Below are positions 20,083 to 29,888 of a stretch of DNA of 64,000 nt, in pieces. The stretch is from the NCBI GenBank assembly GCA_965277405.1, contig OZ255726.1, forward strand, positions 1,952,001 to 2,016,000. Direction: 5' to 3'. Numbering within the stretch: the first letter of the stretch is position 1; each line of letters begins with the position of its first letter. A model generated the notes under the pieces. It had not been told where the DNA came from and did no database searches. It worked only from the letters and a program-made list of their open reading frames with translations. This DNA is from Gammaproteobacteria bacterium. Lineage in GTDB: Bacteria > Pseudomonadota > Gammaproteobacteria > G965277405. The translations under genes and the position numbers were made by a program.

Positions 20083-22905
20083 ATGTATCAAGATATAGAT
20101 TATGGCACACCAGCTGTTGAGTCAGCTACAACTGTTCAACTCAAGGTAGATGGCGCAGTTGTTAATGTGGCTGCGGGAACATCGATTATGCGCGCGGCGA
20201 TTGCAACAGGCGTGCATATTCCAAAACTATGCGCCACCGACAGCTTAGAAGCGTTTGGCTCGTGTCGCTTGTGTGTCGTAACTATTGCAGGGAGAAAGCA
20301 GCCCGTTGCTTCGTGCCATACACCTGTCAGCAACGGCATGGAAGTCATCACCCAATCCGACGCGTTAGCCAAGTGGCGAAAATCATTGATGGAGCTATAT
20401 ATTTCTGACCATCCGCTCGACTGCCTAACCTGCGCTGCCAATGGCGATTGTGAACTGCAAGATATGGCAGGTGTTGTCGGGCTGCGCGATGTGCGTTTTC
20501 CCAAACAAGGGAAAAATCATTTAGACCAAGTTCAAGATGAATCAAACCCATATTTTACCTATGACCCTTCCAAGTGCATCGTCTGCTCGCGGTGTGTGCG
20601 TGCCTGTGATGAAATTCAAAATACCGTCGCCCTGACAATCGATGGACGCGGCTTTGCGAGTAAAATTGCAGCTGGTGCCAATCAATCTTTTTTTGAATCT
20701 GACTGTGTCTCATGCGGAGCATGTGTGCAGGTGTGCCCAACCGCGACGTTGATGGAAAACAGCGTCATTGCCAATGGTTTAGGTGAGAACATAGTCAAAA
20801 CAACGTGTGCGTACTGTGGGGTTGGCTGCAGTTTTGATGCCCATTTACAAGGGAATAAAGTCGTACGCATGGTGCCGAGTAAAGACGGCAAAGCCAATGC
20901 AGGGCATTCGTGCATCAAAGGTCGGTTTGCTTGGGACTATGTCAATCACCGCGATAGAGTAACAACCCCGCTGATTCGTGATTCGATCGACGAACCTTTT
21001 AAAAAAGTAAGTTGGGATGAAGCTATCGGCTTTGTCGCTAAGCGTTTTGGCGATATTAAAAAGCAACACGGGCCGCATGCACTGGGGGGGATTACCTCAT
21101 CGCGCTGCACCAACGAAGAAACGTATTTAGTGCAAAAATTAGTCCGTGCAGCAATGGGGACGCATAATGTCGACACCTGTGCGCGCGTCTGTCATTCCCC
21201 AACTGGGTATGGCCTGAAAAACACTTTCGGGACCTCGGCTGGCACACAAGATTTCGCCTCGATTGACCACAGCGATGTTATTTTGCTCGTTGGCGCCAAT
21301 CCAACCGATGCGCATCCGGTATTTGCAGCAAGGATGAAAAAACGCCTGCGTCAAGGTGCAAAACTGGTGGTGATTGACCCGCGTAAGATAGCGTTAGTCA
21401 AGACGGCGTATATTGAGGCAGATGTCCATTTACCGCTGCGCCCAGGCACGAATGTAGCTGTTATGAATGCCATAGCCCACGCCGTGGTTCGCAATAATTG
21501 GCAAGATACTGCTTTTATTGCGCAACGCTGCGACGACGAGCATTTCCAGCAATGGTTAAAATTTATTCAACAGTCAGAAAACTCGCCTGAAGTCGTTGCA
21601 AAATACGCCAACGTCCGTGTTGAGGATGTTATTCGCGCGGCAGAAATCTTTGCAACTGGAGGCAATGGAGCAATATATTATGGACTTGGCGTTACCGAAC
21701 ACAGCCAAGGCTCGTCGATGGTGATAGCGATTGCTAATTTGGCAATGTTAACTGGAAATATCGGCAAACAAGGTGTTGGAGTAAACCCCCTGCGTGGGCA
21801 AAATAATGTGCAAGGAGCGTGTGACATGGGGTCGTTTCCGCATGAGTTTCCAGGGTATCGTCATGTGAGTGACGCAGCTGTGCGCGGCATCTATGAAAAA
21901 GAATGGAATGTGACACTCGGGAGCACGCCTGGTCTGCGTATCCCCAATATGTTTGACGCTGCTTTGGCAGGAACGTTTCTAGGGTTGTATATCCAAGGTG
22001 AAGACCTGCTGCAATCTGACCCCAATACCCACCATGTTAGCGCGGCGCTGCGCGCGATGGAATGTATCGTCGTCCATGATATTTTTATGAACGAGACATC
22101 TAAATTTGCCCATGTTGTCTTGCCTGGCGCATCATTTTTAGAGAAAAACGGCACATTTACCAACGCCGAGCGCCGTATCAATCGTGTCCGTAAAGCGGTC
22201 GAACCAATCGCTGGAATGGAAGACTGGCAAGTCACCGCCGCGATATCTAAGGCGATGGGGTATCCGATGGAATACCAGCATCCAAGTGAAATTATGGATG
22301 AAATAGCGCGGACCACGCCATCTTTTGCTGGGGTAAGTTATCAGAAATTAGACGAAGTAGGCAGCCTGCAATGGCCGTGTAACGCAGCCCATCCAGATGG
22401 TTCGCCAATCATGCATGTCGGCGAGTTTGTTATTGGACAAGGAAAATTTATGCTGACAGAATATGTACCAACTGAAGAAAAAACCAACCGCAAGTTTCCA
22501 CTATTGCTAACGACAGGGCGAATATTGGTGCAATACAACGTCGGTGCGCAAACCAGACGCACCGCAAATTCGCGGTGGCATGACCAAGATTTGCTAGAAA
22601 TTCACCCAAGCGATGCACAGACCAGAGGAATATCAAGCGGAGACCATGTTGCAATGCAAAGCAGGGTTGGCACCACAACCCTGATGGCTGTCATCAGTGA
22701 ACGCATGCAGCCAGGTGTTGTCTACACCACGTTTCATTTTCCTGAATCTGGAGCAAATATCGTAACTACTGATTATTCTGATTGGGCGACAAACTGCCCT
22801 GAATATAAAGTCACCGCAGTCGAGATACGCCCAGCAACCCAGCATGCTACAGCTACAGGCACAACCACAACCACAGCCACAACCACAGCAGTAGCAACTG
22901 CATAA
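20083..22905 (+). CDS. fdsA: NAD-dependent formate dehydrogenase alpha subunit (Mo-bisPGD, Cys type)
   Basis: IPKLCATD..GSCRLC, Fe-S clusters, CAYCGVGC, DTCARVCHSP active site, RGQNNVQG, PEYKVTAV. Confidence 0.96.
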   Translation: MYQDIDYGTPAVESATTVQLKVDGAVVNVAAGTSIMRAAIATGVHIPKLCATDSLEAFGSCRLCVVTIAGRKQPVASCHTPVSNGMEVITQSDALAKWRKSLMELYISDHPLDCLTCAANGDCELQDMAGVVGLRDVRFPKQGKNHLDQVQDESNPYFTYDPSKCIVCSRCVRACDEIQNTVALTIDGRGFASKIAAGANQSFFESDCVSCGACVQVCPTATLMENSVIANGLGENIVKTTCAYCGVGCSFDAHLQGNKVVRMVPSKDGKANAGHSCIKGRFAWDYVNHRDRVTTPLIRDSIDEPFKKVSWDEAIGFVAKRFGDIKKQHGPHALGGITSSRCTNEETYLVQKLVRAAMGTHNVDTCARVCHSPTGYGLKNTFGTSAGTQDFASIDHSDVILLVGANPTDAHPVFAARMKKRLRQGAKLVVIDPRKIALVKTAYIEADVHLPLRPGTNVAVMNAIAHAVVRNNWQDTAFIAQRCDDEHFQQWLKFIQQSENSPEVVAKYANVRVEDVIRAAEIFATGGNGAIYYGLGVTEHSQGSSMVIAIANLAMLTGNIGKQGVGVNPLRGQNNVQGACDMGSFPHEFPGYRHVSDAAVRGIYEKEWNVTLGSTPGLRIPNMFDAALAGTFLGLYIQGEDLLQSDPNTHHVSAALRAMECIVVHDIFMNETSKFAHVVLPGASFLEKNGTFTNAERRINRVRKAVEPIAGMEDWQVTAAISKAMGYPMEYQHPSEIMDEIARTTPSFAGVSYQKLDEVGSLQWPCNAAHPDGSPIMHVGEFVIGQGKFMLTEYVPTEEKTNRKFPLLLTTGRILVQYNVGAQTRRTANSRWHDQDLLEIHPSDAQTRGISSGDHVAMQSRVGTTTLMAVISERMQPGVVYTTFHFPESGANIVTTDYSDWATNCPEYKVTAVEIRPATQHATATGTTTTTATTTAVATA

Positions 22906-23127
22906 ATGATGGATAGCCAACGGATTGCCGACCTTGCCAACCAAATAGCCAGCAATCAAACAGCTTATCCACAGCAGGTAGCTGTGCAACGCGTCGGTGA
23001 GCATATTGTTAGTTTTTGGGAACAACGGATGTGTGTCATCTTGCAGCAAATATGGAAACTCCACCCAGATATGTTACATGAGTATGTGATTGGAGCTATG
23101 CCGCTGGTGATTGCTAAGCGTTTGTGA
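22906..23127 (+). CDS. fdsD: Formate dehydrogenase delta subunit
   Basis: LANQIA...HI.SFWE.RM motif; follows fdsA. Confidence 0.85.
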   Translation: MMDSQRIADLANQIASNQTAYPQQVAVQRVGEHIVSFWEQRMCVILQQIWKLHPDMLHEYVIGAMPLVIAKRL

Positions 23128-23148
23128 ATGCCGCAGTGGTAGGCTAGG

Positions 23149-23704
23149 TTATCTAAACAAATCGCTATGGCTGCCAGTACGGCGCAGAATCAATTCTTCT
23201 GCGCCGTATTCATACACAAGCAGCCAGTTTGGTTGTATGTGGCATTCCCATACATCAACATAATTTCCAGCAAGTTTATGCATTCGCGCGTGAGCAGGAA
23301 GTATTTTATCATCAGCTAAGGAACCTCTGATTAAGTCGCTGATGGAGCGAGTTTGCCTGCAATTGCTGATGATTGCAAGGCGCATTCCGCAGGCGCATGC
23401 CGTAGCATATACGCCAAGGGATGCAACACAGCAAGTACCGCTGCAGCAAACCGTTATATATTCAACAGAAGGACGGGAAAAAACGCTGCGCTAACGTCGT
23501 TGCAGCACTTGATAATACGACCAGTATTATCTGCGCACTGCGTCTAGTTATCATCAGCGTTTTTTCTCCGTCTCGCCCATCATGGACTTAATCAGAGGTT
23601 CTTAACAGTTCCACAAAATGTTTGAGCTTGTGTATTTCAAAATTACGTTTTTTTGCCAGTTTGTAATCTTTCTTAAATGCTGTTGTCCATACTACTAATC
23701 TCGC
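23149..23704 (-). pseudogene. YafQ-family mRNA interferase toxin, split by a MITE and lacking a canonical start codon
   Basis: Removing 23320-23602 and one TAA copy gives an in-frame ARLVVWTTAFKKDYKLAKKR...VELL|ADDKILP...HKLAGNY...ECHIQPNWLLVY...RTGSHSDLF. The expected Met position is GCG. Confidence 0.88.
23320..23602 (+). mobile_element. MITE (~283 bp) inserted in the yafQ-like gene
   Basis: TIRs GGAACCTCTGATTAAGTC / GACTTAATCAGAGGTTCT; flanks (C)TAA ... TAA. Confidence 0.93.
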
Positions 23705-23719
23705 TGAGTGAAGTTCTGA

Positions 23720-23983
23720 TTAAGTATCATCAGCATCTAAATCGGCGAACATGTTATCAAGGTTTGTATAGCGTTTCGCCTTGCTGATATCTTCATGTAA
23801 TGCCGCAACTGTTTTTTCATTTGGAATTTTGAGTTCAAACGGAATACCACCTTGCCTGACTATTTGAGTATAAAACATGTTGATAGCCTGCGAAGGCTTG
23901 ATACCAATCTGCAAAAGAATGTTATCTGCTGTATTTTTTAGTTTGGCATCAATACGAGCACTAATGCGAGCTTCTTGAGTCAT
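23720..23983 (-). CDS. RelB/DinJ-family antitoxin
   Basis: I.ARID..LK..A..IL...GI..SQAI.MFY.QI....GIPFEL.IPN..T; upstream of the YafQ-like gene. Confidence 0.92.
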   Translation of the reverse strand: MTQEARISARIDAKLKNTADNILLQIGIKPSQAINMFYTQIVRQGGIPFELKIPNEKTVAALHEDISKAKRYTNLDNMFADLDADDT

Positions 23984-24031
23984 GTCTATTATCGAAAATT
24001 ATTAAGAAAGAAAAGGTAGGCAGATACCCAT

Positions 24032-24067
24032 GTATATTATTGTACGCCAAATAACACCCAAAGACAA
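24032..24067 (-). promoter_or_regulatory. Sigma70 promoter of the TA operon with overlapping operator-like palindrome
   Basis: Minus strand TTGTCT-17-TACAAT; imperfect palindrome GTACAATAATATAC over the -10 element. Confidence 0.65.
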
Positions 24068-24106
24068 GATGATAACTTAGCTTCATTAAGCAAAGTGCGC
24101 AGCTAA

Positions 24107-24391
24107 GGAACCTCTGATTAAGTCGCTGATGGAGCGAGTTTGCCTACAATTGCTGATGATTGCAAGGCGCATTCCGCAGGCGCATGCCGTAGCATATACG
24201 CCAAGGGATGCAACACAGCAAGTACCGCTTGTAGGCAAACCATCATATATTCAATAGAAGGCCGGGAAAAAACGCTGCGCTAACGTCGTTGCAGCACTTG
24301 ATAATACCACCAGTATTATCTGCGCACTGCGTCTAGTTATCATCAGCGTTTTTTCTCCGTCTCGCCCATCATGGACTTAATCAGAGGTTCT
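24107..24391 (+). mobile_element. MITE (~285 bp)
   Basis: Same TIRs as the 23320 copy; CTAA target duplication on both sides. Confidence 0.94.
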
Positions 24392-24436
24392 CTAACATTG
24401 GTGGGTATTAACAAGCGCTTTAGTACATCAGCTTCC

Positions 24437-24838
24437 CTAATTTTTGAGGATTTGTTGGGTAGTGATTTGCAGCTTTTTAAAACCAAGTTGTGCCGCAACA
24501 TCCATGACTTTAACCACAAATTGATGCTGGGTTTCTTTATCAGCACTAATAACCAGCGGCGTATCACGGTGGCTGTCGAATAATAATAAATATAACGCAT
24601 TATCATCGAGTTGTCGGTGTTGATAGCTGATTGTCCCCGCAGCATCGATTGAAATTTCTAAAAAATTTTGCTTAGATACCTGACTTGCAGCGCCAGATTG
24701 CGGCAGATCCAGCCCGAGATATTGTTGTTTGACAAATACCGTTGATACCATAAAAAACACCAGCAGCAAAAACACCACATCGATGAGCGGGGTGAGGTTG
24801 ATATCAACGGCAGCAGTCGTGCTTTTAAAGCGGCGCAT
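24437..24838 (-). CDS. exbD: Biopolymer transport protein ExbD/TolR
   Basis: INLTPLIDVVFLLLVFFMV, I.AD......VV.VMD. Confidence 0.92.
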   Translation of the reverse strand: MRRFKSTTAAVDINLTPLIDVVFLLLVFFMVSTVFVKQQYLGLDLPQSGAASQVSKQNFLEISIDAAGTISYQHRQLDDNALYLLLFDSHRDTPLVISADKETQHQFVVKVMDVAAQLGFKKLQITTQQILKN

Positions 24839-24846
24839 GGCTATGT

Positions 24847-25662
24847 TTAAGTTGATTCATCGTGCTGGGCATCAAATGAGCGCACCAGCTGATCCAATGA
24901 GCTGGATGTATTCGATGCTGTTGCTTTGATTGCTGCGTTGTTACCCGCAACTGGTTTTTTTCTTATTTTTTTTGAGCGTGTTGTTGCAACGGTGTTTTGC
25001 GGCATACCGTGTTGCTTTGTTGTTGCCGGTTGTGTTGGCGCGATATGTTGGGATGCGCCAACTGACGACTGCCCCGAAAATCCTTGCACGTGCAGTTTGA
25101 GTGCCAGAAAAATATCTTGTTCAATTTGCAATACTAAGGTTTCGCTGCGGCGCATCAGCAATCTATGCGCCAGTAGCGCAGGAATGGCAATAGATATACC
25201 AATGACTGTCGTTAGCAACGCACTGCTGATGCCATGAGCGAGAATGTTCTCAATATTGTTTTCTGAAATCGTCGAAAACGCCTGCATAATGCCAATAACT
25301 GTCCCGAGTAACCCCAATAAAGGCGTGATTGTGGCAATGCTACCCAGCGTGCTCAAAAAGCGTTGCAGTTTATGGATGGTATAATCGCCCTCAACATTGA
25401 TGGCATTGCGGATAGCTTCGCTGCCAAAATGGATTTGGCTCAACCCCGCGTTCACCATCACCAGCCAAGGTGCGCTGATTGCCACATAGGTTGAGCCAGT
25501 ATTGAGATATTGTTGGAGCTCGTGGCATGAATACAGCGACTGCAACCGCATCGTCCACAGCCGCTCAATAATGATTGCAGCCGCTATAAAACCGCATCCG
25601 TAGAGTCCGGAAAACACCAAGGAATAGAAGCTATTAAATAACGCTGGTTGAATGTCTGCCAT
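24847..25662 (-). CDS. exbB: MotA/TolQ/ExbB proton channel protein with low-complexity C-terminal tail
   Basis: LGSIATITPLLGLLGTVIG, GISSALLTT..G..IAIPA. Confidence 0.88.
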   Translation of the reverse strand: MADIQPALFNSFYSLVFSGLYGCGFIAAAIIIERLWTMRLQSLYSCHELQQYLNTGSTYVAISAPWLVMVNAGLSQIHFGSEAIRNAINVEGDYTIHKLQRFLSTLGSIATITPLLGLLGTVIGIMQAFSTISENNIENILAHGISSALLTTVIGISIAIPALLAHRLLMRRSETLVLQIEQDIFLALKLHVQGFSGQSSVGASQHIAPTQPATTKQHGMPQNTVATTRSKKIRKKPVAGNNAAIKATASNTSSSLDQLVRSFDAQHDEST

Positions 25663-27929
25663 AATTCTGAGAATGTTGATGTCGGTAACTGTAATAGTGA
25701 TGCAGCGGTGATAAGCAATGCACCTTGACGGTTAGTTGACCAAGCGCAGCGCATTAATTTGCTTTTTCCAGTTATAACATATCTGGTGTTGGGAAAGTAT
25801 TGCGCCGCCTGTGTTGCACGGATAATTGTATCTGCCTCAGCTATAAACACAGCAGCTTGTCGTGTTGTCAGTATTTTATGAATATTTTTCATGCTGCCAA
25901 GCTGCACCAGTGCCTGGGGTGTTGCGATTACGCAGCCAGTTGCATAACTGGATACTATTGTTGGCAATGGCGCAGCTTGTAGCGCATATATGGGGCACGG
26001 CATTTGTTGAATTGCGCGTAAGGCAGCTTGCTGCGTTGGCATATTCCCACCAATAAAATGGATGTTTTCCTGCAGTTGGCGATAGGTGATTGAACGGTGT
26101 TGCAGCGCTGCAACATTCCCCAATATATAGATGAACTTGCCAGAATTGAACAACACAAGTGGCTCGGTGGGGCTAGCCATTACCAGCGTGGTATCGCTGG
26201 CGGTCCTGCCAACAAAAACCAGACTGCAAACAAGCGCCAACAATACCATGCGCATAGGGAGATAGCGGACGCGAGGCAATCCAAATATTGCATTCGGTAA
26301 CAAAACAGCCAATGACCCAATGGCAATGAACAGCAGTTCAATATACGAATAATGCAGCATATGCGGGAGATTAAAGCGGGCAATATCCAGCTGCGCAATA
26401 ACGGTGAGGAATTGCCATACATATGCAAAGCCCACATCAAGCCAAGCAATCAGCATTTGCGCAGTAACGCTGCAATGCAGCGCCACCAACAATGCCGCAG
26501 CAAGCAGCATTGGTAAGATGAATATGCTCAACGCAGGGACAAGCACCACATTTGCGACCATCGACGCCAAGTTCACCCAACCATAGTAGCCAGCCAGCAG
26601 CGGCGTTAGCACAATGCTGATGACAATTTGCGCAGCAAACAGCCATTGGACTACGCGGAATTTGTGTTTTGTATGCCATCGATGCGCACCAATCAGCCCA
26701 ATGACTGCAGTAAACGAGAACCAAAACCCACTATCAAATACTGCTAATGGAGTGATGCAAAGGGTAATAAACAGCGCAAACAACCAATACTGCCAAACTG
26801 GTTGTGGTCGTTGCAGCGCATAGATAACACTCGCTGCGCTCAGCATTACCCATGCGCGCTGGGTCGCGATGCCCCAGCCAGCTTGATAGGCATAGCCACT
26901 AGCGAGTAACAACCCAATACACCAAGGGAGTTGCTGCAAAAGCAATGCATGCCAATAGATGCGAATTGGCGCGAGTATTGCTTTGGTTATAAAAAAACCG
27001 ATGGCAAATACCATCGCCAAATGCAGACCAGAAACTACCACCATATGCACTGTTGCCGTATCACGCAGCACTGCCCATTGATTGTCTTGAATGTAGCTGC
27101 GATCACCAGTAATCAGTGCGTAATAAATCCCAAAAAACTCGCTATTACCAAGACTATCCCTCAAAGCACTTTTCCATATTGCAATACGCCGCATACTCGC
27201 GGCATATAGCGTTTGGGCAGGCGCTGCTGGCTGCCACGAACTGATGTTTGCCGTGCGGCAAATCTGCTGTTGTTTTAACCAACGTAAATAATCAAAACCA
27301 CCAAAATTCTGTTGAGAACGAATAGGATACACGCGTGCTGCCTGCCATTGGTATTCGATACCCGGTATCAGTTGCACAGATGTTGCCAGATGTCTATCAT
27401 CGATATAGCCACGCAGCGTACACCCAGGCACTGTTTGGCGTTGTGTTACTTGCTGTTGTGCCACTGCTATGTCCACGCGCGTTGCGGTTGCAGTTGCGCT
27501 AACTTTAAGCAGTTTTCCAGTAACCACGTGGGGTTGATATGATGGCTGCGCCGCGTAGAACATAGCCTCGCTACTGAGGTGAATAATCGCGATACAGCTG
27601 CCAAACAGCAGGCTCAACACCATTGTTTTATGTTTAGTTAGCAGCAGCAACATCGCGGTAATCACCGCGATGGCAACCGCCGCTTGTCTGCCGCATGCAA
27701 GCGCAATAAACATGCTCAAAACAACGCCTATCATCCACAGCAATATTGAAATATGCTTACTGTTGTGGTGGCTGGATATTTGCCAAAATAATCTTAGCAG
27801 CATTTTAGCAGCATAGTTGACGGGCTGAACATTCAGAATTAAACTCAACACGGTGTGGTAGACAACCATACAATATCGTTGCAGCAGTTCAAATATGCTA
27901 AAGGGACAGTTTGCTGAAAGTTGCCACAC
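25584..27929 (-). CDS. comEC: ComEC/Rec2 DNA uptake channel (divergent; start uncertain)
   Basis: NFGGFDY..WL, ALITGDR, TVHMVVVSGLHL, FWFSF, NVVLVP; comEC-exbB-exbD synteny. Confidence 0.85.
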   Translation of the reverse strand: MWQLSANCPFSIFELLQRYCMVVYHTVLSLILNVQPVNYAAKMLLRLFWQISSHHNSKHISILLWMIGVVLSMFIALACGRQAAVAIAVITAMLLLLTKHKTMVLSLLFGSCIAIIHLSSEAMFYAAQPSYQPHVVTGKLLKVSATATATRVDIAVAQQQVTQRQTVPGCTLRGYIDDRHLATSVQLIPGIEYQWQAARVYPIRSQQNFGGFDYLRWLKQQQICRTANISSWQPAAPAQTLYAASMRRIAIWKSALRDSLGNSEFFGIYYALITGDRSYIQDNQWAVLRDTATVHMVVVSGLHLAMVFAIGFFITKAILAPIRIYWHALLLQQLPWCIGLLLASGYAYQAGWGIATQRAWVMLSAASVIYALQRPQPVWQYWLFALFITLCITPLAVFDSGFWFSFTAVIGLIGAHRWHTKHKFRVVQWLFAAQIVISIVLTPLLAGYYGWVNLASMVANVVLVPALSIFILPMLLAAALLVALHCSVTAQMLIAWLDVGFAYVWQFLTVIAQLDIARFNLPHMLHYSYIELLFIAIGSLAVLLPNAIFGLPRVRYLPMRMVLLALVCSLVFVGRTASDTTLVMASPTEPLVLFNSGKFIYILGNVAALQHRSITYRQLQENIHFIGGNMPTQQAALRAIQQMPCPIYALQAAPLPTIVSSYATGCVIATPQALVQLGSMKNIHKILTTRQAAVFIAEADTIIRATQAAQYFPNTRYVITGKSKLMRCAWSTNRQGALLITAASLLQLPTSTFSELWQTFNQRYLIASIPWCFPDSTDAVL

Positions 27930-28011
27930 AATTGTGTTGTAAACGCAGATATGTGTTTGACTGACACTGACTGATTTGTAGTATCCCGATAATTTTCACA
28001 GACTCAATGCC

Positions 28012-28626
28012 ATGGAATCGCACCGACAACGCTCCTTTACACCAAGCCATTCATCACGAAGATCATTTCTACAATGGCTGGCATATGGCAGCGCAACTAT
28101 TGGCGGGATATTTGCAGCAATACCATTTTTGCGCACGTTCGCCCCCAGCGAAAAAGCCAAAGCTGTTGGTGCACCAGTAGATATTGACATTAGCAAAATA
28201 GCCGCAGGGCAGCTATTAACCACACCATGGCGCGGCAAACCTATTTGGGTGTTGCGCCGCAGCAAGGCAATGCTTGAGTCATTGCCAGCAGTTACGGCAA
28301 CATTGCAAGACCCCGCCTCCCAGTCGAGCAGCCAACCTGACTATATAAACCCAGAATATCGTTCGCGCAAACCAGAAATATTAGTGCTGGTTGGCATCTG
28401 CACCCATTTAGGCTGTATTCCGTTATTTAAGCCAGAATCTGGCGATACCACCATTGCCAGCGATTGGGCAGGCGGGTTTTACTGCCCATGCCATGGCTCA
28501 CGCTTCGATTTAGCAGGGCGCGTGGTTAAAAATGTCCCGGCGCCAACAAATTTGGCTGTGCCGCCATATGCCTTTGTGGATGACTCGACAATTCGCATCG
28601 GTGTAGACACAGTAGAACAAGCATAA
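28012..28626 (+). CDS. petA: Ubiquinol-cytochrome c reductase Rieske Fe-S subunit
   Basis: Tat motif SRRSFL, CTHLGC and CPCHGS. Confidence 0.97.
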   Translation: MESHRQRSFTPSHSSRRSFLQWLAYGSATIGGIFAAIPFLRTFAPSEKAKAVGAPVDIDISKIAAGQLLTTPWRGKPIWVLRRSKAMLESLPAVTATLQDPASQSSSQPDYINPEYRSRKPEILVLVGICTHLGCIPLFKPESGDTTIASDWAGGFYCPCHGSRFDLAGRVVKNVPAPTNLAVPPYAFVDDSTIRIGVDTVEQA

Positions 28627-29858
28627 TGGCAACACCAACTGCAGGGTTTTGGGGCTGGATCAACAAACGCTATCCGCTGGAAGCAACACTCGAAAAGCAC
28701 ATCACCAAATACTACGCCCCAAAAAACTTTAATTTTTTATACATGATGGGCTTTTTGGCAATGGTGGTACTGGTATTACAACTGATGAGCGGCATTTTTT
28801 TAACGATGAACTACAAACCAGATGCAGATTTAGCATTTGCATCCGTTGAATACATCATGCGCGACGTAGACATGGGCTGGCTGATTCGCTACTTACACTC
28901 AACAGGCGCATCAGCATTTTTTGTAGTGGTATATATCCATATTTTTCGCGGACTACTATACGGCTCATACAAAGACCCGCGCGAATTACTGTGGATTGTC
29001 GGCATGCTAATTTTTGTTATTTTAATGGCAGAAGCGTTTTTTGGCTACATGTTGCCATGGGGACAAATGTCGTATTGGGGCGGACAAGTTATTGTAAATC
29101 TCGTGCAATCCATCCCGATTATTGGCACAGATTTAGCCGAATGGGTGCGTGGTGATTTTGTGATTTCAGATATTACTTTGAACAGATTTTTTGCCTTGCA
29201 CGTTATCGCACTCCCGCTCGCCCTGGTTGGCGTAGTGTTTGTCCACATCGTCGCCCTCCACCAAGTCGGCTCAAATAATCCTGATGGTATTGAAATAAAA
29301 GACAACAAAGACGCAGCGGGTATTCCAGTAGACGGCATTCCTTTTCACCCATATATAACCTCAAAAGACATGGTCGGGCTGTTTATATTTTTGATTATCT
29401 TCTGCGCCGTACTGTTTTATGCACCAGAAGGTGGCGGCTACTTTTTAGAAGCCCCAAATTTTATAGAGGCAAACCCCCTAAAAACCCCAGAACACATTGC
29501 CCCAGTCTGGTATTTCACCCCGTTTTATGCCATGTTACGCGCGATACCCAGCATGTTTAACTCACAATTTCCAGGCACATTTGTGATGGGAGCAGCAGTT
29601 ATGATTTGGTTTATCCTGCCGTGGTTAGATAAATCACCAGTAAAATCGATGCGCTATAAAGGCGTATTATCGCGTATTTTCTTATTTCTGCTGGTGATAA
29701 GTTTTTTCGTACTCGGCGTCTTGGGCACATTGTCGCCAACCCCATTTAGAACAACCATCGCACAAGTCTGTACCGTTGTGTATTTTTCCTATTTTATGTT
29801 AATGCCTTTGTATACGCGGATTGAATCCCACCAAACCCCGCCGGCACGGCTAACATAA
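28626..29858 (+). CDS. petB: Cytochrome b
   Basis: GWLIRYLHSTGAS, LPWGQMSYWG, HIAPVWYF. Confidence 0.97.
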   Translation: MATPTAGFWGWINKRYPLEATLEKHITKYYAPKNFNFLYMMGFLAMVVLVLQLMSGIFLTMNYKPDADLAFASVEYIMRDVDMGWLIRYLHSTGASAFFVVVYIHIFRGLLYGSYKDPRELLWIVGMLIFVILMAEAFFGYMLPWGQMSYWGGQVIVNLVQSIPIIGTDLAEWVRGDFVISDITLNRFFALHVIALPLALVGVVFVHIVALHQVGSNNPDGIEIKDNKDAAGIPVDGIPFHPYITSKDMVGLFIFLIIFCAVLFYAPEGGGYFLEAPNFIEANPLKTPEHIAPVWYFTPFYAMLRAIPSMFNSQFPGTFVMGAAVMIWFILPWLDKSPVKSMRYKGVLSRIFLFLLVISFFVLGVLGTLSPTPFRTTIAQVCTVVYFSYFMLMPLYTRIESHQTPPARLT

Positions 29859-29888
29859 GTGGCTACTATACACAGAACATTATTTACC

